Source: Candidatus Bathyarchaeota archaeon (GTDB taxonomy: Archaea > Thermoproteota > Bathyarchaeia > Bathyarchaeales > Bathycorpusculaceae). From it: DNA of 64,000 nt. Under the pieces are notes generated by a model, which saw nothing but the letters and a program-made list of their open reading frames with translations, made no database searches and was not told where the DNA came from. A program made the position numbers and the translations under genes. This document shows positions 27,245 to 37,577 of this stretch, one piece after another; position 1 is the first letter of the stretch; each line of letters starts with the position of its first letter. Location of the stretch: positions 1 to 64,000 of the forward strand of contig CAWAKC010000001.1 in the NCBI GenBank assembly GCA_963782525.1, given 5' to 3'.

Positions 27245-29389
27245 TTGTTAGCTACAAACAATCTTGATTCAGAGACAAACAACGCTCAACCCCAGAAAAA
27301 ACTGCTAGATAACCCTAGCTATTTTCTAAATAGGGAACTTAGTTGGATAAGATTTAACGGACGAGTCCTCGAGGAAGCACTTGACTTTTGGCATCCATTG
27401 CTGGAGAGGGTTAAATTCATCGCCATCTGCGGCAGCAACCTTGACGAGTTTTTTATGACAAGGGTTGCCCGGTTGATCAAAAAAGTCAAAGCCGGATCTG
27501 ACGAAAAATCCATGGATGGAATGAGCTTCTTCGAACAGATAAACGCCACGCGTAAGGAAATCATTCCATTAATTGAGAACCATTCAAAATGCTGGAGAGA
27601 TGAGCTTCTTCCTGCTTTAGCAAAAGAGGAAATCCACATTAAAGACTTTAAGGATTTTTCGGAAAAAAATCGTGAAAAATTGCGCGAGTTCCTCAAGTCA
27701 TCAATTATTCCATCGATTAAAATTCCAAAAGTGGGTTTTGAGAGCGTATCAATCGAGAATTTACACATAAATCTCTACATTTCAGGCTTCCAAAATCAAC
27801 CAAACTTTTGCATCTTGCTGGATATACCGACAGAAAAATTCAGTCGATTGATAAGTCTTCCAAGAAAAGAATACAGTGATAATGCAATCGGTGAAACAGA
27901 AAATAGGGAACATTACTTTGTGTTTTTGGAAGATTTAATTCTAAATAACTTAGATTTAATTTTTCCAACAGAAAAAAACCTAACGGCTTATCCATTCAGA
28001 TTGACGCGCAATGGAGAAATAGACATTCTGATGGATGAATCCGCAGACTTTCTTAACACTGTACAGAAAAGCCTCTCGATCCGTAAAATAGGATTTCCCA
28101 CGAGACTCGAATTTGACAAAAAGATGCCCAAGGCAATAAGAGAAACCATATCCAAAAGGTTGGGGTTACCAGATTACTTAACTTACGAGTTTGACGGACC
28201 ACTGGGGCTTGTTGACCTCTGGCAACTGCTCAAAATTAATCGACCAGACCTAAAAGACAAAAGCTTTTTCCCATGCCTTTCGCCTCTGATGCTCTCGGAA
28301 AACAACATTTTTGAGACCATTGCTAAACAAGACTTCGTTCTCTACCACCCCTATGACGGCTTTGATGTTATAATTGACCTCTTAAGGGAAGCATGCATAG
28401 ATAATGATGTTTCAGAAATCCGTATAACTATGTATAGGATGGACCATAAATCCCCGATCGTCGACGCGCTGATTGAAGCTGCAAGGAATGGCAAAAAAGT
28501 CACTGCCATAGTTGAGTTAAAAGCCAAATTTGACGAAGAAAATAACATCCTTCTAGTTACGAAATTGCGAAATGGCGGAATTAACACAGTTTACAATTTT
28601 CCGAAATTCAAAGTCCATGCAAAATTATGCCTAATCAATAGAAAAGAAAACAACGGCATTGTCAGGTACTCTCATATTGGTTCCGGAAACTACAACGCTG
28701 TCACAGCTAAAATCTACGGCGATATTGGCTACCTGACAGCAAACCCCGAGGTAGGGTTGGAACTTGAAGACTTATTCAATGCGATAATAAATGGTGTTCA
28801 AGAAAAAGAAACCAAGCACCTTCTCGTAGCTCCAAAAACTTTGAAGAGGGAAATTCTTAGGAGAATAGATAGGGAAATAAGCTTTCACCAGAAAACCGGG
28901 AAAGGCTACCTAGCTTTTAAACTTAACAACCTAGAAGAAAAAGAAATCATTCAAGCCCTCTATAAAGCATCCATGGCAGGAATCAAGATTGACCTCGATG
29001 TCCGAGGTTTATGCTGCTTGCGACCGGGAATCAAAGGAGTAAGCGATAACATTTCAGTAATATCCATAGTTGGACGTTTCCTCGAACACGCCCGAATATA
29101 CTATTTTAAAGATGGCACTGAAGATGAAGTCCTCATCGGCAGCTCGGACATGATGTTTAGAAACCTAAACGAGAGAATCGAAGTCCTCTTATCAGTACCT
29201 GACCCCTTCCTGCGCCAAGCTATTCTTGAAGACATTCTCAAAATCCATCTTCGGGATAACGTTAAAGCAAGACGATTACTCCCCGACGGAACGTACGAAA
29301 GAGTCCAAGTTAAAGAAGGCGAAAAAATCATCAATTCCCAGGCATGGCTCATCGAGAACAGGGGCATTTGGAATGAACGAGATCAATAA
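27245..29389 (+). CDS. ppk1: Polyphosphate kinase 1
   Basis: NRELSW, SNLDEFFMTRV, HPYD, ELKAKFDEENN, KVHAK, SIVGRFLEHARI and GSSDMMFRNL. Confidence 0.97.
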   Translation: MLATNNLDSETNNAQPQKKLLDNPSYFLNRELSWIRFNGRVLEEALDFWHPLLERVKFIAICGSNLDEFFMTRVARLIKKVKAGSDEKSMDGMSFFEQINATRKEIIPLIENHSKCWRDELLPALAKEEIHIKDFKDFSEKNREKLREFLKSSIIPSIKIPKVGFESVSIENLHINLYISGFQNQPNFCILLDIPTEKFSRLISLPRKEYSDNAIGETENREHYFVFLEDLILNNLDLIFPTEKNLTAYPFRLTRNGEIDILMDESADFLNTVQKSLSIRKIGFPTRLEFDKKMPKAIRETISKRLGLPDYLTYEFDGPLGLVDLWQLLKINRPDLKDKSFFPCLSPLMLSENNIFETIAKQDFVLYHPYDGFDVIIDLLREACIDNDVSEIRITMYRMDHKSPIVDALIEAARNGKKVTAIVELKAKFDEENNILLVTKLRNGGINTVYNFPKFKVHAKLCLINRKENNGIVRYSHIGSGNYNAVTAKIYGDIGYLTANPEVGLELEDLFNAIINGVQEKETKHLLVAPKTLKREILRRIDREISFHQKTGKGYLAFKLNNLEEKEIIQALYKASMAGIKIDLDVRGLCCLRPGIKGVSDNISVISIVGRFLEHARIYYFKDGTEDEVLIGSSDMMFRNLNERIEVLLSVPDPFLRQAILEDILKIHLRDNVKARRLLPDGTYERVQVKEGEKIINSQAWLIENRGIWNERDQ

Positions 29390-31736
29390 CGTTCAATCAT
29401 GCCAAATAGATATGAATTACTGCAAATATGGTTCTGAAGCTATCCTAAAACTACTCGAAGTTTTCGAAAAACAGATCGATGGAGTAATTACAAACAACGA
29501 CATCGAATATGTCCATAAAACCCGTGTTACATCTCGTAGATTAAGAGCCACCATGCCTCTTTTTAGAATATGCTTTCGTAGAAAAGAATTCAAGGAATGG
29601 CTTTGCGAAATTAAGAAGGTGACGCGTCTTCTTGGTGATGCAAGAGATTTAGATGTACAGATAGTCTTCGTTGAGCAATACATGGGAAAACTGGTTTCAG
29701 CAGCTGAAAAAGCTTATGTAAGCATTCTGCTTGAAAACCATAAAGAACTTAGAAAAAAGGTTCAACCCTCAGTCAATGCCGGATTGGAGGAGCTAAAGAC
29801 AACTGAGGTTTTAGGTGAACTTCGCCATTTTTGTGAAAAAACCATTAAGGAGCAATCAAAGGAGGCTTTTGACGCTCAAAAGGTTCTGGAGAAAGCCCGT
29901 TGGCACATTTTTTTCAGAATAGACGATGTCTTAGCAATGGAAAACTATGTTCACTTACAAAATGAAGCTCTAAAGCACCATGAAATGAGAATACGAGCAA
30001 AAAAACTCCGATATACTATGGAGTCCTTTTCACCGTTATACCAGAACAAACTTGCCCAAGAAATAGAAAAAATCAAAAAATTACAAGATGTTCTAGGCGA
30101 AATGCATGACTGCGACGTCTGGACTGAATACATCCCCAAATTCATAGAGGAAACAAACGTCAAGATAGGATCCAAAGGAAAGAAAACGACAGAAAATAAA
30201 AAATTCGAAAAAGCGTTATTAAATTTCTTAATTTTTGTAAAAGAAAAAAGAAACCAAAATTATTCAGAATTTGTTAAATTCTGGGAAGAAAACAAAAGAA
30301 CAGGTTTTTTTGCTCAACTTAGACAGACAATCAACACAGAAGGCGCATCAAAAAATGAAGAAAAAATAAAACAAGTCCTCATGAATTCCAACGTCAAAAT
30401 CGCCGTTTTATCGGATATTCATGCTAACCTGCAGGCGTTGGAAAAAGTTTTTGCGGATGCAGAATCACGGGGGATTGACGTCTTTCTCAATGCAGGCGAC
30501 TCGATAGGTTTTGGCCCTTGCCCAAATGAAGTCGTAGAATTGCTTTGCGAGAAAAATGTTTTGAGCATCGTAGGAAATTTTGACCTAGACGTTATCGAAG
30601 GCAAAGCCAAGGCTAAAGGTATGAAAAATCTTGCTTTAAAATTTGCTAGAAAAGAACTGGCTAAATCCTGCGAATTTTACCTGTTTTCTTTACCTCATGA
30701 ACTTAGGCTTGAAGTTGCAGGTAAAAAACTGCTTGTAACGCATGGAAGTCCCGCGTCTATTGAAGAGCATATTTATCAGGATACCCCTATTGAACGGCTG
30801 AAGTCTCTTGCTGACGAAGCAAAAGCTGATGTAATTATCGTGGGGCATTCTCATGAACAGTTTTACAAAGAAGCAAACGACGCTTGCTTTGTGAATCCTG
30901 AAAGCGTAGGAAGACCAGGCGACGGAAAGCCGCAGACTGCTTATGCAGTCTTGAGTTTTAACCCTTTCAAAGTTGAGTTAATTCGGCTGGATTACGATGT
31001 TGACGATGCGGCGGATTCTCTTAGAAAAAAAGGGTTGCCTGAAAGTTTCGCTCAAATGTTGCTTCAAGGTGTATCTCTCGATGTAATCATCAAAGAAGAT
31101 CAAGCTAAAGAAGACATGATGGTTGAAGATTGCAAGAAAACCTTGCAAGTTTCAGCCGAAATTTCAAAAAAGTATTGGTCAGACATCAACCATTACAGTC
31201 AGGTCAGTAAACTTGTTTTAGAGTTATTCGATGGATTAATCAAGTGGCATCATTTTGGGATGCGTGAACGTTGCATGCTTGAATGCACCGCAATCTTACA
31301 CGATATCGGATTGTCAAAATCGCGGCGCGGTCACCAAAAGAAATCTGCCAAACTCATCTTAAATGACCCTCTTCTGCCATTTAGTTCCCAGGAAAGACGA
31401 ATAATTGCCAGCATCTCCCGGTACCATCGGGGAGGCCTGCCTAACTCAAGTCATTATATCCTTGCATCTCTGGATCATGAAACTCTCAATAAAGTAAAGA
31501 TTCTGGCAAGTTTATTACGCTTAGCCGACAGCTTAGATTACACTCATCAATCAATCGTTGAAGCCATTAACGTAAAGATGGGCACTAAAAGAATCACAGT
31601 TGAATGTGTTTGCGAAACGAAATCTATCTTAGAAGAGCAGGCTTTTAATAAGAAGAAGGATTTGTTTGAAAAGGTCTTCGCTAAGAAAGTGGTGCTGATA
31701 TGGAAGAAAAAACCGTCAAAGCCGCTGGTCATGTAG
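29373..31736 (+). CDS. Fusion of CHAD, metallophosphoesterase (YfcE-like) and Ppx-type HD domains
   Basis: CHAD: VHKTRVTSRRLR, ARDLDV, HEMRIRAKKLRY, QDVLGEMHD. Metallophosphoesterase: SDIHAN, GDSIG, GNFD, HGSP, GHSH. HD: LHDIG, RYHR, LRLADSLD. ATG 29373 overlaps the ppk1 end. Confidence 0.9.
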   Translation: MNEINNVQSCQIDMNYCKYGSEAILKLLEVFEKQIDGVITNNDIEYVHKTRVTSRRLRATMPLFRICFRRKEFKEWLCEIKKVTRLLGDARDLDVQIVFVEQYMGKLVSAAEKAYVSILLENHKELRKKVQPSVNAGLEELKTTEVLGELRHFCEKTIKEQSKEAFDAQKVLEKARWHIFFRIDDVLAMENYVHLQNEALKHHEMRIRAKKLRYTMESFSPLYQNKLAQEIEKIKKLQDVLGEMHDCDVWTEYIPKFIEETNVKIGSKGKKTTENKKFEKALLNFLIFVKEKRNQNYSEFVKFWEENKRTGFFAQLRQTINTEGASKNEEKIKQVLMNSNVKIAVLSDIHANLQALEKVFADAESRGIDVFLNAGDSIGFGPCPNEVVELLCEKNVLSIVGNFDLDVIEGKAKAKGMKNLALKFARKELAKSCEFYLFSLPHELRLEVAGKKLLVTHGSPASIEEHIYQDTPIERLKSLADEAKADVIIVGHSHEQFYKEANDACFVNPESVGRPGDGKPQTAYAVLSFNPFKVELIRLDYDVDDAADSLRKKGLPESFAQMLLQGVSLDVIIKEDQAKEDMMVEDCKKTLQVSAEISKKYWSDINHYSQVSKLVLELFDGLIKWHHFGMRERCMLECTAILHDIGLSKSRRGHQKKSAKLILNDPLLPFSSQERRIIASISRYHRGGLPNSSHYILASLDHETLNKVKILASLLRLADSLDYTHQSIVEAINVKMGTKRITVECVCETKSILEEQAFNKKKDLFEKVFAKKVVLIWKKKPSKPLVM

Positions 31737-33283
31737 TTGGGTTTGTGGACATAGGAACAAATGCTGTGCGCCTTTTAGTTGTGAGGATAAATCCTAACTT
31801 CTCATATACCATTATCAGCCAAGAAAAAGAGGTCGTTAGGCTTGGTGAAGAAGAGTTCAAAGATAACATTTTAAAACCTAAAGCGATGGAACGAGCTATC
31901 TTTGTCTGTGGAAAATTTGCAAGTTTAGCCAAAACCTATGGCGCTTCTGAAATAATAGCTGTTGGAACCTCAGCCATTCGAGAAGCCCAAAATCAATGCG
32001 AGTTCCTCGAGAAACTTCATAATGAAACAGGTCTCAACGTGAATGTTATTTCGGGACAGGAAGAAGCCCGCTTGATTTGCGTAGGCGTGTCAAGCGGAGT
32101 TGATATTGGCGAAGAGAAAGCTATTTTCATCGATTTAGGTGGAGGCAGCACGGAAATTGCCATCGGCAATCAGCACGAATGTTTCTCCGTTGACAGTCTT
32201 AGGCTGGGGGCAATCAGATTAACAGCCAAGTTTATCGGCGAAGGTTGGACTGGTCCAATTGATAATAGTGTTTACAAGCGGATAAAACAATACGCCGAAG
32301 ACAAAGTTCGTCCATTAAAACCGAAAATTCAAGAGTACGGTGCCCGACGAGCATGGGGATCATCAGGCACAATAATTAACCTAGCGGAAGTTGCGAACAA
32401 ACTTTTCAAGAAAAATGGGAATGGCGGTGCTCTTACGCTGACAAGGAGGAATCTGAAAAAGCTGGCACCGATTCTCTATTCGCTTCCACTTGAAGAAAGA
32501 AAAAAGCTTCCTGCCTTAAACCCCGATCGAGCTGACATTATAATTGCGGGTGCAGCCACGATTGAGGTAATTATGGAAGAGTTCGGCCTCGAGGAAATCC
32601 GTGTTAGCCATAGAGAGCTTCGAGATGGATTACTTGTCGAGTACTTGTCGAATTTTGAGGGTTTCCGAGAACTACAAAAGACACCCATGAGAAACAGGAG
32701 CATTTTGCATTTGGGCAGGTCATGCAATTTTGATGAGAAACATTCAGAAACCGTAGCAACTTTGGCTTTGATGCTATTTGACAGCGCAAAACAAATTGGG
32801 CTACATAACCTCGGCGAGACAGAGAAAGAACTCTTGAAATACGCAGCAACCTTGCATGATGTCGGTGATTTTCTCTCATTTAATGATCACCAACTTCACT
32901 CACACTATATCATCTGCAATGCTGAACTTCTCGGTTTTGACAAAAAAGAAATTCAAATAATGGCAAATATAGCGCGTTTTCATAGGAAAAAATTGCCTTC
33001 TAAAAAAGCTCTGAAGAATACAGGATTAGACGAAAAAACTAATCAGGCCATCGCAGTTCTTTCCACGTTTCTTCGGTTCGCAGAAAAGCTTGATCGAAGT
33101 CACTGTTTCCTAGTAAAGAAGGCGGAATTTATTAAAAGCAGCAAAGAACAGGTACTGCTCTCATTTTATTCTGACTCAGATTGCAGCTTAGAAGAATGGA
33201 GCATCATTCAGAATCGGCAAGCATTCTATGAAGCCTTCGGAAAAGAGCTAAATGCCCATTGCACAGTGACACCTATCGCATAA
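31700..33283 (+). CDS. ppx: Exopolyphosphatase Ppx/GppA with HD domain
   Basis: DIGTNAVR, TSAIREA, ISGQEEA, DLGGGSTE, RADII and LHDVG. Confidence 0.95.
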   Translation: MEEKTVKAAGHVVGFVDIGTNAVRLLVVRINPNFSYTIISQEKEVVRLGEEEFKDNILKPKAMERAIFVCGKFASLAKTYGASEIIAVGTSAIREAQNQCEFLEKLHNETGLNVNVISGQEEARLICVGVSSGVDIGEEKAIFIDLGGGSTEIAIGNQHECFSVDSLRLGAIRLTAKFIGEGWTGPIDNSVYKRIKQYAEDKVRPLKPKIQEYGARRAWGSSGTIINLAEVANKLFKKNGNGGALTLTRRNLKKLAPILYSLPLEERKKLPALNPDRADIIIAGAATIEVIMEEFGLEEIRVSHRELRDGLLVEYLSNFEGFRELQKTPMRNRSILHLGRSCNFDEKHSETVATLALMLFDSAKQIGLHNLGETEKELLKYAATLHDVGDFLSFNDHQLHSHYIICNAELLGFDKKEIQIMANIARFHRKKLPSKKALKNTGLDEKTNQAIAVLSTFLRFAEKLDRSHCFLVKKAEFIKSSKEQVLLSFYSDSDCSLEEWSIIQNRQAFYEAFGKELNAHCTVTPIA

Positions 33284-33300
33284 TCAGAATTTGGAAGCGC

Positions 33301-34203
33301 TTATTCCTTTTCAAGTTCAGTCTTTGCTTTTTCCAAAGCTTCACATTGCTCTTTACTCAAAACAGGATATTTTAAATCCAACTTTTTAATTTGCGAAAGG
33401 ATAATGTCAGAAATCGATGCATGTGTAACCCATTTCTTGTCTGCAGGTATAATATACCAAGGTGCCCATTCGGTGCTTGTTTTGTTAAGCATATCCTCGT
33501 ACGCCGCCATGTAATCAGCCCATTTTGAACGTTCTGAAAGGTCTGTGAGCGAAAATTTCCATTCTTTATCTGGATTTTCAAGGCGTTTAAGCAAACGCTG
33601 TTTTTGCCTCTCCTTTGAAACATTAAGGAAGAATTTCAGCACTACCGTGCCGTTCCGAACCAGATGACGTTCAAAGAGATTTATGTCCTCGTACCGCTGA
33701 TTCCAGAAAAGTTTCCCTCCCTCGTCAGAAGGCAACTTCTGTTTTTCAAGAACTTCAGGTCGAACTTTAACTATCAACACATCCTCGTAGTAGGAACGAT
33801 TAAAAATTCCTATGCGCCCCCGTTCTGGAAGAGCTTTTTCGTGCCGCCACAGGAAATCGTGGTTTAGTTCCTCTTCGGTTGGAGTTTTGAAGCCTGTAAC
33901 TTGGCAGCCTTGCGGGTTAATGCCGGACATTACATGTCTGATTGTGCTATCTTTGCCTGCAGCATCCATCCCTTGAAGAATAATTAACATTGAATAGGTG
34001 CCGCTTGCCCAAAAAAGCTCCTGCATCTGAACCAATTGTTTTCTGTTTGTGTCAAGAATAGCTTGAGCTTGTTCTTTGACGCTTTTTTTGCCTTCTTTTT
34101 CTTCTTGTTTCTTAGCCCATTTTGGAACCCAACCTGAATCAAAAGAGTCCAAACTGACCGTTTTTCCGGCAGGCACTTTGAAGTTTACCGCATCAATCGA
34201 CAT
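33301..34203 (-). CDS. ppk2: Polyphosphate kinase 2 (class III-like)
   Basis: LQGMDAAGKDSTIRHV, FNRSYYEDVL, WKFS and APWYIIPADKKW. ATG 34203 preferred as start. Confidence 0.93.
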   Translation of the reverse strand: MSIDAVNFKVPAGKTVSLDSFDSGWVPKWAKKQEEKEGKKSVKEQAQAILDTNRKQLVQMQELFWASGTYSMLIILQGMDAAGKDSTIRHVMSGINPQGCQVTGFKTPTEEELNHDFLWRHEKALPERGRIGIFNRSYYEDVLIVKVRPEVLEKQKLPSDEGGKLFWNQRYEDINLFERHLVRNGTVVLKFFLNVSKERQKQRLLKRLENPDKEWKFSLTDLSERSKWADYMAAYEDMLNKTSTEWAPWYIIPADKKWVTHASISDIILSQIKKLDLKYPVLSKEQCEALEKAKTELEKE

Positions 34204-34309
34204 ACAAAACCGTCTCAAAGAGATTAAGTTATGGCGCCTAATATTAGCTGTGGCATAGGCAAAATGAGACTAAGTCTCTAAAGTTCGGAAATTGCTTTGA
34301 GTTGTTGGG

Positions 34310-34954
34310 TTAGCCTAAGTTTACTTTTTCACCTGTCACTATGTACACGATTGATTCGCAAATGTAGACTGCGTGGTCAGCAATACGCTCTAAATACCTA
34401 GTCATTAAAGCGCTCGATAAAACGCATTTACTATTGGCTTGCTCTCCTTTGATTAGCTTGTGAAGGTAATCAAAGTACATTTTGTCGACCTCGCGTTCAG
34501 TTTCTGAAACCGTTTTGGCAAGGATAATGTCCTGTTTTTTTAGGGCGTCTATGCTTATTTTAACCATTGAGAGGACTTTTTCGCTCATCTCGTCAATGTA
34601 GTCGCTTGTCCAAGTTTCACATTCTTTTAACCCATTCAATTGGTCGCTGATGAATGATATGTCAAGGGCATATCTGCCGTATCTTGCAAAGTCGTTGCCT
34701 ATTTTCATATAGGATTTGATAATTCTGAGGTCTGTGGCGACGGGTTGGAAGCGGGCAATTAACTGGAAAGTTTGGTCTTCAACTTTATCAGCCATTGAAA
34801 GGAGCATGTCTGAAAGTTCTCTGACTTGTTCTTGAACACTTTTGCCTTCGAGGTAGCCATGTATTGAAAAGGCAAGGGTTTCGTAGGTTAACTCGCCCAT
34901 CCTAACAATTAGCACTGATTGTTCTTCTAACCCGCGGTCAATTATTCTGCTCAT
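34310..34954 (-). CDS. phoU: Phosphate transport regulator PhoU
   Basis: QPVATDLR, EREVD and RYLERIADHA; follows pstB. Confidence 0.92.
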   Translation of the reverse strand: MSRIIDRGLEEQSVLIVRMGELTYETLAFSIHGYLEGKSVQEQVRELSDMLLSMADKVEDQTFQLIARFQPVATDLRIIKSYMKIGNDFARYGRYALDISFISDQLNGLKECETWTSDYIDEMSEKVLSMVKISIDALKKQDIILAKTVSETEREVDKMYFDYLHKLIKGEQANSKCVLSSALMTRYLERIADHAVYICESIVYIVTGEKVNLG

Positions 34955-34965
34955 TCTAAGCTCTC

Positions 34966-35763
34966 CTATCCGAATTCTCCTGTTATGTATTTTTCCGTTA
35001 ATGGATTTTTGGGAGATTCAAAAATGTCTCTGGTTGGTCCAAACTCAATCAGTGAGCCAAGGTACATAAAAGCTGTAAAATCGGATACACGCGATGCCTG
35101 CTGCATGTTATGGGTTACGATGACAACTGTATAATTGCGTTTAAGCTCAACTACCAACCGCTCAATCTTAGCAGTAGCAATCGGGTCCAAAGCTGAACAA
35201 GGTTCATCCATCAAGATGACCTCAGGCTGCAACGCGATAGCTCTTGCAATGCATAGACGCTGTTGCTGTCCCCCAGAAATGCTGGTCCCTGGCTTTTTCA
35301 ACTCATCTTTGACCTCATCCCAAAGGGTTGCTTGCTCTAAACTTCGCTTGACTACTTCGTCGAGATTTTTGCCCTTCTTTGTTCCCGTTAACTTTAAACC
35401 AGCAGCTACATTGTCATAGATGGACATTGTTGGGAATGGATTGGGTTTCTGGAAAACCATGCCAACTCTTCGGCGAACCTGTACGGAGTCAACCTGTTTG
35501 TCGTAGATGTTTTGTCCATCCAAAAGAATTTGCCCAGTCATTTTGGCGTTTGGAGTGAGCTCGTGCATTCGGTTTAGACAACGGATGAAAGTGGATTTGC
35601 CGCATCCTGAAGGGCCTATTATGGCGGTTACCGAGTTAGCTTTTATGTTTATGTTTACGTCTTTTAATGCTTGCTTGGGACCGAACCAAGCGTTCAAGTC
35701 TATACTCTGCATTTTCATTTTTGTGTCAACGACTTTTTCTTGAGAATTAATTGTGCTTGTCAT
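34966..35763 (-). CDS. pstB: Phosphate ABC transporter ATPase
   Basis: [37 protein letters not shown] and YITGEFG. Confidence 0.97.
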   Translation of the reverse strand: MTSTINSQEKVVDTKMKMQSIDLNAWFGPKQALKDVNINIKANSVTAIIGPSGCGKSTFIRCLNRMHELTPNAKMTGQILLDGQNIYDKQVDSVQVRRRVGMVFQKPNPFPTMSIYDNVAAGLKLTGTKKGKNLDEVVKRSLEQATLWDEVKDELKKPGTSISGGQQQRLCIARAIALQPEVILMDEPCSALDPIATAKIERLVVELKRNYTVVIVTHNMQQASRVSDFTAFMYLGSLIEFGPTRDIFESPKNPLTEKYITGEFG

Positions 35764-36590
35764 CTTTTGTTTCTACCTCTAGTTGCTAATCTAACGATTA
35801 TGTTAAGGCTTAACACCATCAAAATTAAGATAAGCGCTGCGCCCCAACCCTGTGCCTGCAAGTTGGCTTGTGGCTGTAGGGAATCGCGCCAGATTTCAAG
35901 GGGCAGGGCAGCCATGGGTTGGTTTAAGCCTTGGAAAAAGTACCTGTTACCCAAAATAGTCATTATTAATGGTGCGGTTTCTCCGGCAATTCGGGCAACA
36001 GCAAGAAGTGTACCCGTCAACAGTCCTGCTTTGGCTGTGGGTAACACGACGCTTAGGGTTGTTCGCCATTTGTGTGCGCCCAGCGCTAATGAGGCTTCTC
36101 GGACACTGTTTGGAACGAGTTTTAGGGATTCTTCAGTTGTTCGGGCCACGATTGGGATGAGGATGAAAGATAATGCGATGGCGCCGGCAATGGCCGAGTA
36201 ATGACCGATTAACCCAATTACGATTACACCATAGGCGGTTATGCCGACGACGATGGAGGGAAACTCGGTTAAGACGTCGTTGATTGAGCGCATAGCGGTT
36301 GCATACTTGTTGTTCCCGAACTCTGCAAGGTAAACGCCAGAGAGTATGCCCACGGGGATACCGATGACGCTAGTTAATCCAATCAAGATAAGGGTACCCT
36401 GTATTGCTGGTCCGATGCCTCCTGCGGAATTGTTGTTTAGCAGAAAGCCAAGGCTCAGTACAGGTGCGCCCCTTACAATGACTTCCCAAAGGATGCTAAT
36501 CAGAGGCGTAACCGCTATTATTACGCAAGCTGCACAGAGAATGAAGAAAAGGCGGTTCTTAAATTTCCTAAAAGCGTAATTGGAGATTAT
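35760..36590 (-). CDS. pstA: Phosphate ABC transporter permease
   Basis: [16 protein letters not shown] and RIAGETAPL. The frame stays open upstream of TTG 36386 to the pstC stop and encodes the first TM helix; only ATA/ATC are available as starts there. Confidence 0.92.
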   Translation of the reverse strand: MISNYAFRKFKNRLFFILCAACVIIAVTPLISILWEVIVRGAPVLSLGFLLNNNSAGGIGPAIQGTLILIGLTSVIGIPVGILSGVYLAEFGNNKYATAMRSINDVLTEFPSIVVGITAYGVIVIGLIGHYSAIAGAIALSFILIPIVARTTEESLKLVPNSVREASLALGAHKWRTTLSVVLPTAKAGLLTGTLLAVARIAGETAPLIMTILGNRYFFQGLNQPMAALPLEIWRDSLQPQANLQAQGWGAALILILMVLSLNIIVRLATRGRNKR

Positions 36591-37576
36591 TCGATTGCGC
36601 CTCCTTTAACCTTCAAAACTCGATGAACCATAATGCCTGCGCCAATGTTGATAAGTAAACTGATTATGAGCAAAATTAAGCCGACGCCAATGTAAGCCGA
36701 AACCTGCAAAGAACCTGTGGCTTCCAAAAACCCGTTAGCGATTAGTGAAGCCATGGTTTGACCCGGACGAAAAAGCGATGTCGGCATAGCCGCTGGTCCC
36801 GTGGCGTTGCCAATAAGCATAGAAACCGCCATCGTTTCACCGACAGATCTACCTAAGCCTAAGATGACAGCACCAAAGATGCCAGAACGACCGTAACTGA
36901 TAACCCAATGACGTATGGTCTCCCATTTGGTGGCTCCGATGCTGTAAGCGCCTTCACGGATGCTGTTGGGAACTGCGCTTATGACTTCTTTTGAGATAGA
37001 TGCAACTGTTGGAATTATCATGATTGCCAAGATTATTCCTGCAGTAAAAATATCCAAGCCAAAGGGTGTTCCACTGAAAATTGGAATCCAACCAAGGTAT
37101 GTAGAAATTGGTTTTTCTATATAGTCAAGAATCCAATAGCGGAAGATAAACAAGCCCCAGAGCCCATAAATTACGCTTGGGACAGCAGCCAATAGCTCAA
37201 CTAAGTATCCGATTGGCACTCTTAGCGTTCTAGGAGACATTTCAACAAGAAATATCGCTATACCTAAACTCAAGGGTACACCTATTAAGAGTGCAATGCC
37301 TGAGGTAACAAGTGTACCCATCACGTATGGGAGTGCACCATAGATTTCTCTGCCTTCAACTGGGTTCCAAGCGCTGCCAAAGAAAAAGTTTGCTCCAAAC
37401 TTTTGCACCACCGGCACGGATCCAGTTACAAGAACGTAACCTGTTACCATTAAGATAACAACTGCTGAAGCCGCTATGATTGCGGCTAAATTCTGGAAAA
37501 TGAAGTCGCCTGTTAATTTTGATTTAATTTTAGTAAAAAACTTTTGGGGGTGGGGCTGATTCAGAGCGTTATCCAC
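36587..37576 (-). CDS. pstC: Phosphate ABC transporter permease
   Basis: ELLAAVPSVIYGLWG, GATKWE and GRSVGETMAV. Confidence 0.95.
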   Translation of the reverse strand: MDNALNQPHPQKFFTKIKSKLTGDFIFQNLAAIIAASAVVILMVTGYVLVTGSVPVVQKFGANFFFGSAWNPVEGREIYGALPYVMGTLVTSGIALLIGVPLSLGIAIFLVEMSPRTLRVPIGYLVELLAAVPSVIYGLWGLFIFRYWILDYIEKPISTYLGWIPIFSGTPFGLDIFTAGIILAIMIIPTVASISKEVISAVPNSIREGAYSIGATKWETIRHWVISYGRSGIFGAVILGLGRSVGETMAVSMLIGNATGPAAMPTSLFRPGQTMASLIANGFLEATGSLQVSAYIGVGLILLIISLLINIGAGIMVHRVLKVKGGAIE

Positions 37577-37577
37577 C

